From: an uncultured delta proteobacterium
GTDB taxonomy: Bacteria > Desulfobacterota > Desulfobacteria > Desulfobacterales > Desulfosalsimonadaceae
Assembly (NCBI GenBank): GCA_963826785.1
Contig: CAWGYD010000006.1
Coordinates: 608,001 to 672,000 of the forward strand
Reading direction: 5' to 3'
DNA length: 64,000 nucleotides
Position 1 is the first letter of the stretch; each line of letters starts with the position of its first letter. Shown piece by piece: positions 1 to 9,392 of this stretch. The position numbers and the translations under genes were made by a program. Below the pieces are notes generated by a model, which was not told the origin of the DNA, made no database searches, and saw only the letters and a list, made by a program, of their open reading frames with translations.

Positions 1-126
1 GAACTCCCGCTCCTTGTATCGATGGTAGTGGTCAAATCCCTTGATGACCAGAACTGGCACAAGCACCCAAAAAAGTAATAAATACAATTTGCTGCGGATT
101 GTTCTGAAAGGCTGAAATGCTTTCAT
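1..126 (-). CDS. 5' end of a probable membrane sensor protein (runs off window; apparent 1-nt indel)
   Basis: Manual translation from ATG 126 gives MKAFQPFRTIRSKLYLLL; after a shift in the homopolymer near 70-75 it reads VLVPVLVIKGFDHYHRYKEREF, a basic N-terminus plus TM typical of sensor kinases. Confidence 0.35.
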   Translation of the reverse strand, partial: MKAFQPFRTIRSKLYLLLFWVLVPVLVIKGFDHYHRYKEREF

Positions 127-394
127 GATCGCATGCCTTCTGAATCGGGGTTTATCTGTGTTGCATCGAATTCCTCTCGAGTCGGAGAAAGATTAAGTTA
201 TTCATATTATGAATTCATATTGTATCAATAGATAATATATTTCAATCATTATTAGTGAGATTAAAAAGATGCATAACTGCGGAAGTGGCTTGGGCGCAAC
301 AACTCTGCCAATTTGCTTATATGAACAGTCGCCTGCCAAATTTTCATAAACCAAATCGATGCAAATCAGGCAAACTGGCTATTTGTTGCCAATC

Positions 395-440
395 TGTGCC
401 ATGACACACCTGATTTGAACTCATTATGTGTCATGGCACA
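395..440. promoter_or_regulatory. Tandem palindromic operator pair (likely enhancer-binding-protein UAS)
   Basis: TGTGCCATGACACA (395-408) and its reverse complement TGTGTCATGGCACA (427-440), starts 32 bp apart; same arrangement at 15228-15273. Confidence 0.75.
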
Positions 441-550
441 TCCCCAAATTCCTATTTTCGATCACCTCTACTACCCTTTTTTTTCGTTAACCCATGTAAT
501 CATAAAGCATTTCTGGGTCATCGCGTTTATTTCCGTGAGTTGTGGCGATG

Positions 551-566
551 TGGCATGGTTCTGGAA
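551..566 (+). promoter_or_regulatory. Putative sigma54 (-24/-12) promoter with non-canonical -12
   Basis: TGGCAT-GGTTC-TGGAA, 124 bp after the start of the second palindrome; near-identical element at 15383. Confidence 0.55.
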
Positions 567-663
567 ATACTAAAGGCATGGATGAGAATTGAATGTGAAA
601 TCAGGTTCCTTCTCGCATTAATTTTATAACCAGATCATTTAGGCTTTTTCCAGGAGGTTGATA

Positions 664-2145
664 ATGAAAGTCAATGGTAATTCGGTATACATCAGCATCA
701 TCCTGGGCTTGATTTGCTATACATCCATATCTTTATTTTCAGGCAAATCCTGGGCGATGCCGGCATTTGCAAGGAAATACCAGACCTCCTGCATTACCTG
801 CCACAGCACTTTTCCGACATTGAACCCAACCGGGCTGGTTTACTATTTAAATGGATATCAATTTCCGGACAATGAACTCTATTTAAAACAGGAACCGCTT
901 TACCTCGGCAACGAAGCGTACAAGCGACTCTGGCCCGAAGCCCTGTGGCCGGGTGAAATTCCCCAGTACTTTCCCATCAGCATCATTACCGTGCATGTCC
1001 TGGAGTGGAGTACCGATCCGAGGTACAACCCGCAAACCGGAAAGGATGAATCCGATTTTACGTTCGTGATGCCCCACGAAGTGGAATTGAGTTACGCGAC
1101 CAACCTGGGCGAACAATTTGCCGTATATTCGGATATCCGTTACATCAGCGATGATGACAGCGGTGAGGATTTCTCTTCCTGGGCCATGCTGAAAGCCTGG
1201 CTGATGTACAAGGGCTTATTCGGCCTGGACAATAAACTCCGCCTGACCGTGGGTTCCCTCGGGATGCACACCTTATGCCTTTTTACGGCCCCCGATGAAG
1301 GGGCCCTGACATTTGAAGGATATCTGCTCAACAACTGGGAAATACCGGATTTGAAAAGAGACCGGGATGGCCATGTTCTTCAGGCGGGTATTTCCGAATT
1401 CGAGGGCAATACGTTCAGTCTTCAGCCGCAGTCGGGATTCGAGCTGAGCGGATTTACGAAACGTCTGTTTTATTATGCCGGTGTGGTGAACGGTAACATC
1501 GACCAGGATCCGGGCAACCAGGTTTATTTCGAGGGTACGGGCAAAAATACCGGGACAAAAGATTATTACGGCGGCATGGCCATCAAAATCGGCGGGATCG
1601 GTTTCGACGGATCAGGAACTGAAGACAAGGACCTTACCGCTGCAAAACCCTCTGATTACTGGCGCGATGACAGCCTGACGATATCGCTCTTTGGCTATAG
1701 CGGCACCGGAAGGATAGAATCATCCGTAGACGATTCGGCTCTGGTGTACAGAGATGACGATTTCTGGCGATTCGGGGCGGGTTTCATGCAGCGATACAAG
1801 GATTTGAATCTGGGCGGCGGCATTATGCTGGGAAAAAATGAAGACCCTTATGGCAATTTATCGGATGCGGAGGTGGATTCGACGAGCTGGTTCATTGAAA
1901 GCTACTACTTCATCTATCCCTGGCTGATTCCGTTCGCAAAATATGAGGTGCTGGAATTTGACGACCTTCCGTCCAACTTGATGATCATCGATGCCACAGA
2001 CCGCAGCATCGTCACAGCCGGCGTCAAAGTGCATTTTCGGCCGAACATTACATTGCGGACGGAATATACGTATTACACCGAAGAGGACGGTTTCGACTAC
2101 GGCCGGAACAAGGACGTTTTTTTCGTTCTGAATGCGGCTTTTTAG
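664..2145 (+). CDS. Outer-membrane beta-barrel protein with N-terminal monoheme cytochrome c motif
   Basis: Signal peptide, then MPAFARKYQTSCITCH (CXXCH); amphipathic strands, C-terminal Phe; RBS AGGAGG before ATG 664. Confidence 0.75.
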   Translation: MKVNGNSVYISIILGLICYTSISLFSGKSWAMPAFARKYQTSCITCHSTFPTLNPTGLVYYLNGYQFPDNELYLKQEPLYLGNEAYKRLWPEALWPGEIPQYFPISIITVHVLEWSTDPRYNPQTGKDESDFTFVMPHEVELSYATNLGEQFAVYSDIRYISDDDSGEDFSSWAMLKAWLMYKGLFGLDNKLRLTVGSLGMHTLCLFTAPDEGALTFEGYLLNNWEIPDLKRDRDGHVLQAGISEFEGNTFSLQPQSGFELSGFTKRLFYYAGVVNGNIDQDPGNQVYFEGTGKNTGTKDYYGGMAIKIGGIGFDGSGTEDKDLTAAKPSDYWRDDSLTISLFGYSGTGRIESSVDDSALVYRDDDFWRFGAGFMQRYKDLNLGGGIMLGKNEDPYGNLSDAEVDSTSWFIESYYFIYPWLIPFAKYEVLEFDDLPSNLMIIDATDRSIVTAGVKVHFRPNITLRTEYTYYTEEDGFDYGRNKDVFFVLNAAF

Positions 2146-2212
2146 ACGTTTGATCAAGCGGCGCAAACCGGACGATTTTGATGCCCACCGGTGATCCAGA
2201 AGGATAATCAAC

Positions 2213-2890
2213 ATGCGTTTTGCCTTCATATTGACTCTTTTCCTCTTTTGCTTCACACCCGTCTGTCTGGTTCATGCGGCGGAGCCCTGCAAGGACTGCG
2301 GCGCGGTTTCAGGGAAAATCACGGTATGGAAAACCCGGGTCCGGACACAAGGGGCGAGAAACGATCGGGATGTCATTGTCTTTCTTGAGAGGACCGGTAG
2401 CACGAATTTTCCCGCCGTGACAGGCCAGACAATGCATATGGATCAGAAAAACCTCATTTTCATCCCCCATGTCCTGCCGGTCATTAAAGGGAGCACGGTC
2501 AAGTTTTTAAACAGCGACACCGTTGACCACAATGTGTTTCTGCTTTTTGAAAAAACCGGGGAAAGCCTGGACCTGGGGACCTGGGGACAGGGAAAGACCA
2601 CCGAATACCTGTTCAATGAAGCCGGCGTCACCATTGTGCTCTGTAAGCTTCACCTGGAAATGGCCGCTTATGTGGTGACCATGGAAAACCCGTTCTTTTC
2701 CCAGGCTGGAATTGATGAAAGCGCGCAGTCCGCAGAATATTCCATAGCCAATGTCCCGCCCGGTTCATATGTCCTTCATGCATGGCACAAAAAGCTGAAA
2801 ATGAAGGAAGGTCCCGTGCATGTCACTGTTGAAAAGGATCACGTCACCCAAGTGGATATAACGATAACCAAAGCCAAATATGCGCAATAA
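2213..2890 (+). CDS. Periplasmic cupredoxin (type-1 copper) with C-terminal beta-sandwich
   Basis: Signal peptide; HNVF...CKLHLEM (H...C-x2-H-x2-M); VPPGSYVLHAWH tail. Confidence 0.75.
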   Translation: MRFAFILTLFLFCFTPVCLVHAAEPCKDCGAVSGKITVWKTRVRTQGARNDRDVIVFLERTGSTNFPAVTGQTMHMDQKNLIFIPHVLPVIKGSTVKFLNSDTVDHNVFLLFEKTGESLDLGTWGQGKTTEYLFNEAGVTIVLCKLHLEMAAYVVTMENPFFSQAGIDESAQSAEYSIANVPPGSYVLHAWHKKLKMKEGPVHVTVEKDHVTQVDITITKAKYAQ

Positions 2891-2936
2891 GGGACTTGGG
2901 TGAATCTGATTTCGCGCATGTTTTTGCGGACTCTGC

Positions 2937-4850
2937 ATGATGGACAAGAAAAAAACCGTGGCAGTCAGTATCTTTCTCAGCTGTGTTTTTGCAGCCATAT
3001 GCTTTTCAGCGCCGTTTACCGAACCCCAAAGGGAAAAAAAAGACATAACGATTATTGCCAGAAGATACGCATATGCGCCGAACCGGATCATTGTGAACAA
3101 GGGGGATTTAGTTCGCATAAAACTGGGGTCAGTGGATGTCGTGCACGGTTTTTTCCTGGAAGGCTACGATATCGAAGCGGAGATTCACCCCGGAAAAATT
3201 CCGTTCAAGATCCGCCATCCGTCATTTGAATCTGAATTTTCATATGTGGATGAAATATCATTTACGGCCGATCGATCCGGCAAATTCCGCTATCGGTGCT
3301 CCGTCACATGCGGCACGCTTCATCCGTTTATGATCGGAGAACTGATCGTTCGGCCCAACTATTCCTTCTATGCGTGCATCGGGGGGCTCATCGGCGTCTT
3401 TGCCGCCTTTTTATTCTTCGTCTCCGCCGATCTCCGGAGTACGGCCGCGCCGGTTCTTCCGCGCCGGCCTTTTCGCCTCGATCTTTTCAAGACCATGCCG
3501 CGCCTGAAGCGGCTCATGAGCAACCGCGTCTTTCAGTTCACACTGATCCTGGTCAATCTGGCGGCGCTGGTTCTCTTTATCTTTGCCGGATTTTTCGGGT
3601 CCCCCATCGGCAACCACAACATCATCATCACGGTGGTGTGGATCTTCTGGTGGTTTGTGCTGGTCACCTTCATGATCCCTTTCGGGTCGCGCATATGGTG
3701 CATGGTGTGCCCCTTCCCCTTCTTCGGGGAATGGTTTCAGCGGCGCAAACTGCTCGGGCCATCCAACACGAATAGGAGCAAGTTAAAGGGATTTCAAAAA
3801 ATATGGCCGAAAAAATTATCCAATATGTGGATACAGAATATCCTGTTTCTTAGTCTTTGCACCTTCAGCACGATCCTGGTCACCCGGCCAGTAACCACCG
3901 CCGCAGTCCTGATGGGGCTGACCCTAACGGCCACAATCTTCCACATGGTATTCCGCCGCCGAACATTCTGCCGATACATATGCCCGATCGGCGGCTGGAT
4001 GAGTTTATACAGCAGGGCGGCCGTGGTTGAAATCCGTTCCATCAGCAATGGGGCTTGTAAAGGATGCGGTTCAAAAGCGCTGATTGACAACGGCAGGGCC
4101 TGGGGGTGTCCCTGGCTGATCAACCCGGGAAAAATGGACAGCAACAGCAACTGCGGCATGTGCATGGAATGCATCAGTTCATGCCCGAACAGCAATATGA
4201 CACTGCGGCTGAGACCTTTTTGCTCGGATACGGCGATTGACAGGTGTGACGAAGCCTGGATGGGGTTTATCATGATCACCCTTGTGATTCTCTATACTGC
4301 GATTTTTCTCGGGCCTTGGGGAACGATAAAGGAATGGGCCAATATTACGGAAATGGGCAACGTGAAAGGTTTTTTGATCTATTGCGGAATTATCTGGACC
4401 AGCAGCTTGATGATCCTCCCGGCGGTGTGGTTTGCAGCCGCAGGGTTGTCCAAATCACTTTCCGGTTCCAGTGCAGTCGATGTGAAAACCATCTTTATCA
4501 AATATTCCTACGTACTGGTCCCCCTGGGGCTGCTCGGTTGGATTTCGTTCAGCATCCCGCTTTTCATGATCAATTATACACATATTATCGCAACCCTGTC
4601 CGATCCGATGGGATGGGGATGGGATATTTTCGGGAATGCGCATACCCAGTGGCGGCCGGTGCTGCCGGAGTACATCCTCTACATCCAGGTGCCGCTGGTA
4701 TTGACCGGATTGGGTTACGCCTTGATAAAGAGCTATGAGATTTCAAAAAACCTCTACCCCGACGGTGCTCAGGCAGTCCGCAGCCTGATCCCGTTTGGAT
4801 TCCTTTGTACGCTGATATCCATCGTGCTGATATGCCTTTATGCGGGGTAA
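2937..4850 (+). CDS. CuA cupredoxin fused to NapH/NosH/NosR-like polytopic 4Fe-4S membrane protein
   Basis: DVVHGF...CSVTCGTLHPFM (CuA); WCMVCP and FCRYICP motifs; CGMCMECISSCP ferredoxin motif; many TM helices. Confidence 0.8.
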   Translation: MMDKKKTVAVSIFLSCVFAAICFSAPFTEPQREKKDITIIARRYAYAPNRIIVNKGDLVRIKLGSVDVVHGFFLEGYDIEAEIHPGKIPFKIRHPSFESEFSYVDEISFTADRSGKFRYRCSVTCGTLHPFMIGELIVRPNYSFYACIGGLIGVFAAFLFFVSADLRSTAAPVLPRRPFRLDLFKTMPRLKRLMSNRVFQFTLILVNLAALVLFIFAGFFGSPIGNHNIIITVVWIFWWFVLVTFMIPFGSRIWCMVCPFPFFGEWFQRRKLLGPSNTNRSKLKGFQKIWPKKLSNMWIQNILFLSLCTFSTILVTRPVTTAAVLMGLTLTATIFHMVFRRRTFCRYICPIGGWMSLYSRAAVVEIRSISNGACKGCGSKALIDNGRAWGCPWLINPGKMDSNSNCGMCMECISSCPNSNMTLRLRPFCSDTAIDRCDEAWMGFIMITLVILYTAIFLGPWGTIKEWANITEMGNVKGFLIYCGIIWTSSLMILPAVWFAAAGLSKSLSGSSAVDVKTIFIKYSYVLVPLGLLGWISFSIPLFMINYTHIIATLSDPMGWGWDIFGNAHTQWRPVLPEYILYIQVPLVLTGLGYALIKSYEISKNLYPDGAQAVRSLIPFGFLCTLISIVLICLYAG

Positions 4851-4920
4851 AGAGAGGCCCCGCGCAAAGGAACCGACCAATGGATGATGATAGATAAGCA
4901 GTTTTATCCCTGACGAAATT

Positions 4921-5928
4921 TTGATCATGCCGATAAAGGAAAAAATTGCCGCAATGTGCGTCCTGGCGATCATAACCAGCATCCCGCTCGGGATATTGAT
5001 TTACCAGTATGTGCTTATCCCTTCCGCGTATCACGCCGGAGAAAAGGTGTTCAATATTACAGCGGTCGCTGAACCCAGCGGCGCATATACACTCGAGGCG
5101 ATAAACGGACTGAACTACTGGTGGAAACGCTTTGCCCCCATGACGCTGCAGTTAAACGTCGGGGACCGGGTGGTCTTGAATCTGAAAAGCGCGGATGCGA
5201 CCCATCAGTTTTATATTCCGGAACTCAATCTCGATCCGGTTACCGTGACGCCGGGCAGGGTGGCCCAATTATCGTTTGTCGCCGAAAAAGAAGGTATCTT
5301 TCAATATTTCTGCACCACCATGTGCGGCGACTGTCATACGTTCATGACGGGATGGATTGTCATTTCATCAGGCGAAAAGCAGCTCGATGCCCCCCATCCG
5401 ATTGTCTGCCCGTTATGCGTTCCGGATTTCGGCGCGCCGCCCCAAACCGACCTGGTTGATCTGGGCGAATACCTTTACCAGAAACTGGGGTGCGTGGGAT
5501 GCCATGGATGGCGCGGGAAAGGCGGCGTCCGGAACCCGAATTACGCCAAACAATCTGTTCCGGCGCACAATACCACAGCAGATAAGCTGTTTTTGCGAAC
5601 AAAAGCGGACGCCGATCAATTCGTCCGGTGGCTGTCTGATAATGAAGAAAGCCGACCATCAGAAGAAACGCCGCGTATCGCCATGTTCAGTGTCGTTCTA
5701 TCACGTTACACCGCGTTGAAAAGTATAGGCAGATCCGGGAGCATACCGGAAAAACTGGACAAGAACGGGCCTGAACCTCCCCTCTGGATGCCCGCATGGA
5801 TGCACCGGCTCAGCGATCGCGAACTGGATGCGATCATCGCATATTTTATCAGCCTGAAAACATGGGATGATGACGAAGCGGAGGAAGATTTGTTTTCACA
5901 GGTTGATCGAGGCGCAAATATATCTTGA
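4921..5928 (+). CDS. Membrane-anchored CuA cupredoxin + cytochrome c (oxidase subunit II-like architecture)
   Basis: N-terminal TM; DATHQF...CTTMCGDCHTFM; CVGCH heme motif and distal MPAW. Confidence 0.8.
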   Translation: MIMPIKEKIAAMCVLAIITSIPLGILIYQYVLIPSAYHAGEKVFNITAVAEPSGAYTLEAINGLNYWWKRFAPMTLQLNVGDRVVLNLKSADATHQFYIPELNLDPVTVTPGRVAQLSFVAEKEGIFQYFCTTMCGDCHTFMTGWIVISSGEKQLDAPHPIVCPLCVPDFGAPPQTDLVDLGEYLYQKLGCVGCHGWRGKGGVRNPNYAKQSVPAHNTTADKLFLRTKADADQFVRWLSDNEESRPSEETPRIAMFSVVLSRYTALKSIGRSGSIPEKLDKNGPEPPLWMPAWMHRLSDRELDAIIAYFISLKTWDDDEAEEDLFSQVDRGANIS

Positions 5929-6004
5929 ATTTTCATTTATCTTCATCTTTACAGACCCGCGTAGGTAAAGATGACGAGATCAAATCTTCAAAAAAAAGGA
6001 ACCT

Positions 6005-6292
6005 GTGATGAATCTCACAATCCCGGAAGCAATCATCAGTGAAACGTCAAAATGCGAGCATGATTTTTCCTGTCTCAAATCCGGTCAGCAGGTTAAAAGA
6101 CCGATCTGCCCGGTAGACTATGCCAATGGCCGCAATGTCATTTTTCTTAAAACGGATGAGCCGATCCCTTGTCACTACCAGATCCCGTTTGGATACGGAA
6201 TGGTATGCAGATGCCCCACCCATTTTGAACTTCACAAGAAAGGCAGGGAGCAGAAAACACCGCCGGCGCCGATATCGGAAACAAAGCGTTGA
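6005..6292 (+). CDS. Small Cys-rich hypothetical protein
   Basis: 95 aa with CEHDFSC, ICP, PCHY, CRCP; AAGGA upstream. Confidence 0.5.
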   Translation: MMNLTIPEAIISETSKCEHDFSCLKSGQQVKRPICPVDYANGRNVIFLKTDEPIPCHYQIPFGYGMVCRCPTHFELHKKGREQKTPPAPISETKR

Positions 6293-6326
6293 GCAGATCA
6301 TTACACAATCGGAAAAGGGTTCTGTT

Positions 6327-6626
6327 TTGAAAAATAAACTGTTTATCGGGCTGGTTTTGATTCAGTGCGCAATCCTGGTTTTTTTGCTGATCGACAATGT
6401 GATGACCGCAAAAGCACTTGAACCGAAATTTATCTTAAATGGCCGACTGGTCAAGGATTTGATGATAACCGACCTGGCACTGTGGAGCGAAGCCCGGTAC
6501 ACGCGCCATCCCTCACAGGCCGATATTTTTTCTCCGTTTCAGGATTTTCCGGGAGCGCCGGAACATTTCCCGTCCGGATCGATTATCGGGCCGCCCGGCA
6601 TGCTATCTGCCGGACTGACGGAGTAG
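6327..6626 (+). CDS. Small membrane-anchored hypothetical protein
   Basis: Likely start near LKNKLFIG inside ORF 6120-6626; one TM, then TDLALWSEARYTRHPSQAD...EHFPSGS; abuts next gene. Confidence 0.6.
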   Translation: MKNKLFIGLVLIQCAILVFLLIDNVMTAKALEPKFILNGRLVKDLMITDLALWSEARYTRHPSQADIFSPFQDFPGAPEHFPSGSIIGPPGMLSAGLTE

Positions 6627-6629
6627 CAG

Positions 6630-7814
6630 ATGTATAAGCATCTTATGATCATGGAATTTGCCTTGTCATCGCTGTACAGGCGAAAATACAAGAATCTGCT
6701 GATGCTTGCCGTGTATTCCCTTGTCGTTTTTCTCCTGTCCTCCCTGGTCCTTTTGACCGATTCCCTGAAAACAGAAGCGGTCATGCTGACGCAGGAATCC
6801 CCCCAGTTGATCGTCCAGCGGCTGAAAGGCGGTCGCCATGATCTCATTTTGCGGGAATATGCCGCAAAAATCCACGAAATCAGGGGCGTTGATCGGGTGT
6901 CCCCCCGATTCTGGGGATATTATTTTGATCCGGCAACCCGGTCCAATTACACGTTCTGGGGTGCAGATGAAATGGGCCAGGATTTAAAATGGCTGGAGCA
7001 GGGCGAATTTTCCGGCAATTTCACCGGTCGGCGAAAAGAGGACCAGACGCTTCCGTGCATCATCGGCCAGGGCATTGCCGACCTTCGTTTCATCGGCATC
7101 GATGATTTGATCCCGGTGATGGGGTCCGACGGGAACCTCTATGTCCTAAAGGTATCCGGGGTTTTCAATCCAAATTCGTCCATACTGACCAATGACATGA
7201 TCGTCATGGGGATCGATACGATAAAGACCCTGTTTGAGATTCCGGAAAACATGGCAACGGATATCGCGGTGTATGTCAGAAATCAGCGGGAAACCGATAT
7301 GATCGGGCGAAAAATCCAGCAGCTTTTCCCCTCCGTGAGAATTATCACCAAACAGCAGATCCAGAATACATATAAAGCGCTGTTCAGCTGGCGGAGCGGT
7401 TTGATGGCGGCCCTTCTGCTCAGCTCCATTGCCGCTTTCGCCATTTTAACCTGGGATAAAGCGTTGGGGGCCACCGACTATGAAAAAAAGGAAATCGGAG
7501 TCTTAAAGGCAGTCGGTTGGAATACGGCCGAGGTGCTGGAACTGAAATTCTTTGAAGGGGCAGCCATATCGGCAACCGCTTTTCTGACGGGCCTGATCTT
7601 TGCCTGCGTCCACGTGTTTTATGCCGGGGGCATCCTTTTTGAACCGGTTTTAAGGGGATGGTCGGTCCTGTTCCCGAAGCTGAAGCCGCTTCCGGTCATC
7701 GATATTTATAACCTTTTGGCCATCTGGTTTCTTTCGGTGGTGCCCTATATGGCCTCCACCATTATTCCGTTCTGGAAAACGGCGGTGACCGACCCCGAAA
7801 TGGTGATGAAGTAA
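6630..7814 (+). CDS. ABC transporter permease, FtsX/MacB/LolE type
   Basis: TM, large periplasmic domain, three TMs; KKEIGVLKAVGW motif. Confidence 0.85.
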   Translation: MYKHLMIMEFALSSLYRRKYKNLLMLAVYSLVVFLLSSLVLLTDSLKTEAVMLTQESPQLIVQRLKGGRHDLILREYAAKIHEIRGVDRVSPRFWGYYFDPATRSNYTFWGADEMGQDLKWLEQGEFSGNFTGRRKEDQTLPCIIGQGIADLRFIGIDDLIPVMGSDGNLYVLKVSGVFNPNSSILTNDMIVMGIDTIKTLFEIPENMATDIAVYVRNQRETDMIGRKIQQLFPSVRIITKQQIQNTYKALFSWRSGLMAALLLSSIAAFAILTWDKALGATDYEKKEIGVLKAVGWNTAEVLELKFFEGAAISATAFLTGLIFACVHVFYAGGILFEPVLRGWSVLFPKLKPLPVIDIYNLLAIWFLSVVPYMASTIIPFWKTAVTDPEMVMK

Positions 7815-7823
7815 ACGAGACTG

Positions 7824-8306
7824 ATGATGAAAAACAAAACGCACCCCGGCGGCGCAAATGTAATGTCCATATCGATTTCCGGCCTGCTGATGATCTATTT
7901 GGTGATGGCCCTGACGGGATGCACCCGGAGTGCGCCGGAGTATGAACTGGTGGCGCCTGAAGACGGCCGGATCTGCATCCGGACAGCTGCGGTCAATGAC
8001 CACCACGTTCATTTCTTCACCTATCGAAATAACGACAAAAATATCAATTTTTTCGTTCGGACCGACGGCAAGGGAAAACTGCACACCCACTATGACGCAT
8101 GCTACAGCTGTTACAAGTATAAACGGGGGTTTGTAGTGAATGGCGATCATATCCGGTGCATTGCCTGCAACCTTGAATATAGGCTTTCAGATGAGTTCTG
8201 GGATTATGTCGGCGCCTGTGCGCCCATTCCCCTGAGCAGTGTAATTCAAAACGATTTAATTGAAATCAGGCTCAGTGCGGTTCAAAAAGGGGAGAAGCTG
8301 TTTTAG
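7824..8306 (+). CDS. DUF2318-like Fe-S-containing lipoprotein
   Basis: Lipobox LTGC; DACYSC, CIACN and CAPIPL Cys motifs. Confidence 0.7.
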   Translation: MMKNKTHPGGANVMSISISGLLMIYLVMALTGCTRSAPEYELVAPEDGRICIRTAAVNDHHVHFFTYRNNDKNINFFVRTDGKGKLHTHYDACYSCYKYKRGFVVNGDHIRCIACNLEYRLSDEFWDYVGACAPIPLSSVIQNDLIEIRLSAVQKGEKLF

Positions 8307-8358
8307 GGCAACCTTAAAGACGATTTGTTTTTTAAATGCTTAAAAAGGGAGGCGAAAA

Positions 8359-8850
8359 ATGAAAAAAAGGATAACCGGAATTGCGGCGCTTTTCATCTTG
8401 TGTGTTTTTCCGTTGCACCTATTTGCGGCCGGTCCAGGCGAGGCCAATGATATCGGCGCATTTCCTTTCTGCAACGACTGCGGAATGGACCGGGAAATGT
8501 TTTCCAACTCCCGAATGCTAATCGAGTACGAAGATGGCAGTGCGGCCGGCATGTGCTCCATACACTGTGCGGCTGTCAATATGATCCGCAAGCCCACCGG
8601 TCGAATCATGGTGGGGGATTACCACACGAAAAATCTGATCGATGCGGAGACCGCCACCTGGGTGATCGGCGGAAATCAAGCCGGCGTAATGACGATAAAT
8701 GCCAAGTGGGCCTTTGAAAGCGAACCGGACGCCCGGGCATTTGTCCAGGCGCACGGCGGGACCATCGCCACATTCGACGATGCCTTAAAGGCGACTTTTG
8801 AAGAGATGTATGAAGATGTCAAAATGATCCGGAACAAACGGCGGCACTAA
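8359..8850 (+). CDS. NosL-family metal chaperone
   Basis: Signal peptide; CNDCGM, CSIHC, GVMT..AKWAF..ARAF..HGG. Confidence 0.8.
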   Translation: MKKRITGIAALFILCVFPLHLFAAGPGEANDIGAFPFCNDCGMDREMFSNSRMLIEYEDGSAAGMCSIHCAAVNMIRKPTGRIMVGDYHTKNLIDAETATWVIGGNQAGVMTINAKWAFESEPDARAFVQAHGGTIATFDDALKATFEEMYEDVKMIRNKRRH

Positions 8851-8864
8851 GACAAAAGGGTACT

Positions 8865-9365
8865 ATGGAAATGGCGGGTTTGAAAAACGTTAAAATGGCC
8901 GCATGCACATCCATCCTGCTGTTTTTCTGCGCCTGGCCGATCAACGCCGGCGAATTTGACATGCCGGTAAAACCGGCGCCGGGGGATAAATGCATCGTGT
9001 GCGGGATGTTTGTTGCCCAATATCCCGACTGGACCGGTGAAATCATCTTTAAAGACGGACAGGTGCTGTTTTTTGACGGCTGCAAGGACCTGTTCAGATA
9101 TCTGTTCGACATGAAGAAATACAGCCCGGAGAAAGCGCGCTCCGACATTTCGGCCATTTTTGTGACCCAGTACTATGATGTGTCGTTTATCGATGCCGCC
9201 GGCGCCTGTTATGTCGCGGACAGCGATGTGTACGGCCCCATGGGGCGTGAACTCATTGCGCTTCAGAGCGCATCTGATGCCCGGATTTTTTTAAAAGACC
9301 ACAGGGGAAAACAAATCTACCGGTTTAATGAGATTACCCCCGAACTGGTTGAGGGGCTGGATTAA
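8865..9365 (+). CDS. NosL-family metal chaperone
   Basis: CIVCGMFV, FFDGCKDL, SDVYGPMGRELI, F.KDHRG. Confidence 0.85.
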   Translation: MEMAGLKNVKMAACTSILLFFCAWPINAGEFDMPVKPAPGDKCIVCGMFVAQYPDWTGEIIFKDGQVLFFDGCKDLFRYLFDMKKYSPEKARSDISAIFVTQYYDVSFIDAAGACYVADSDVYGPMGRELIALQSASDARIFLKDHRGKQIYRFNEITPELVEGLD

Positions 9366-9392
9366 AATCGTGCCATCAGAAGGCAGGCAAAA

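Noticed and set aside
395..440. CRISPR repeats or transposon ends
   Set aside because: Only two units per locus, 18-nt gap, no cas or transposase; geometry fits operators
426..629. 67-aa ORF MCHGT... and the similar 15200-15415 ORF
   Set aside because: Shared peptide is just the translated operator palindrome; both lie in promoter DNA
2937..5928. Calling these genes coxB/ctaC or nosZ
   Set aside because: Only the CuA domain is shared; no subunit I or NosZ propeller/Tat signal
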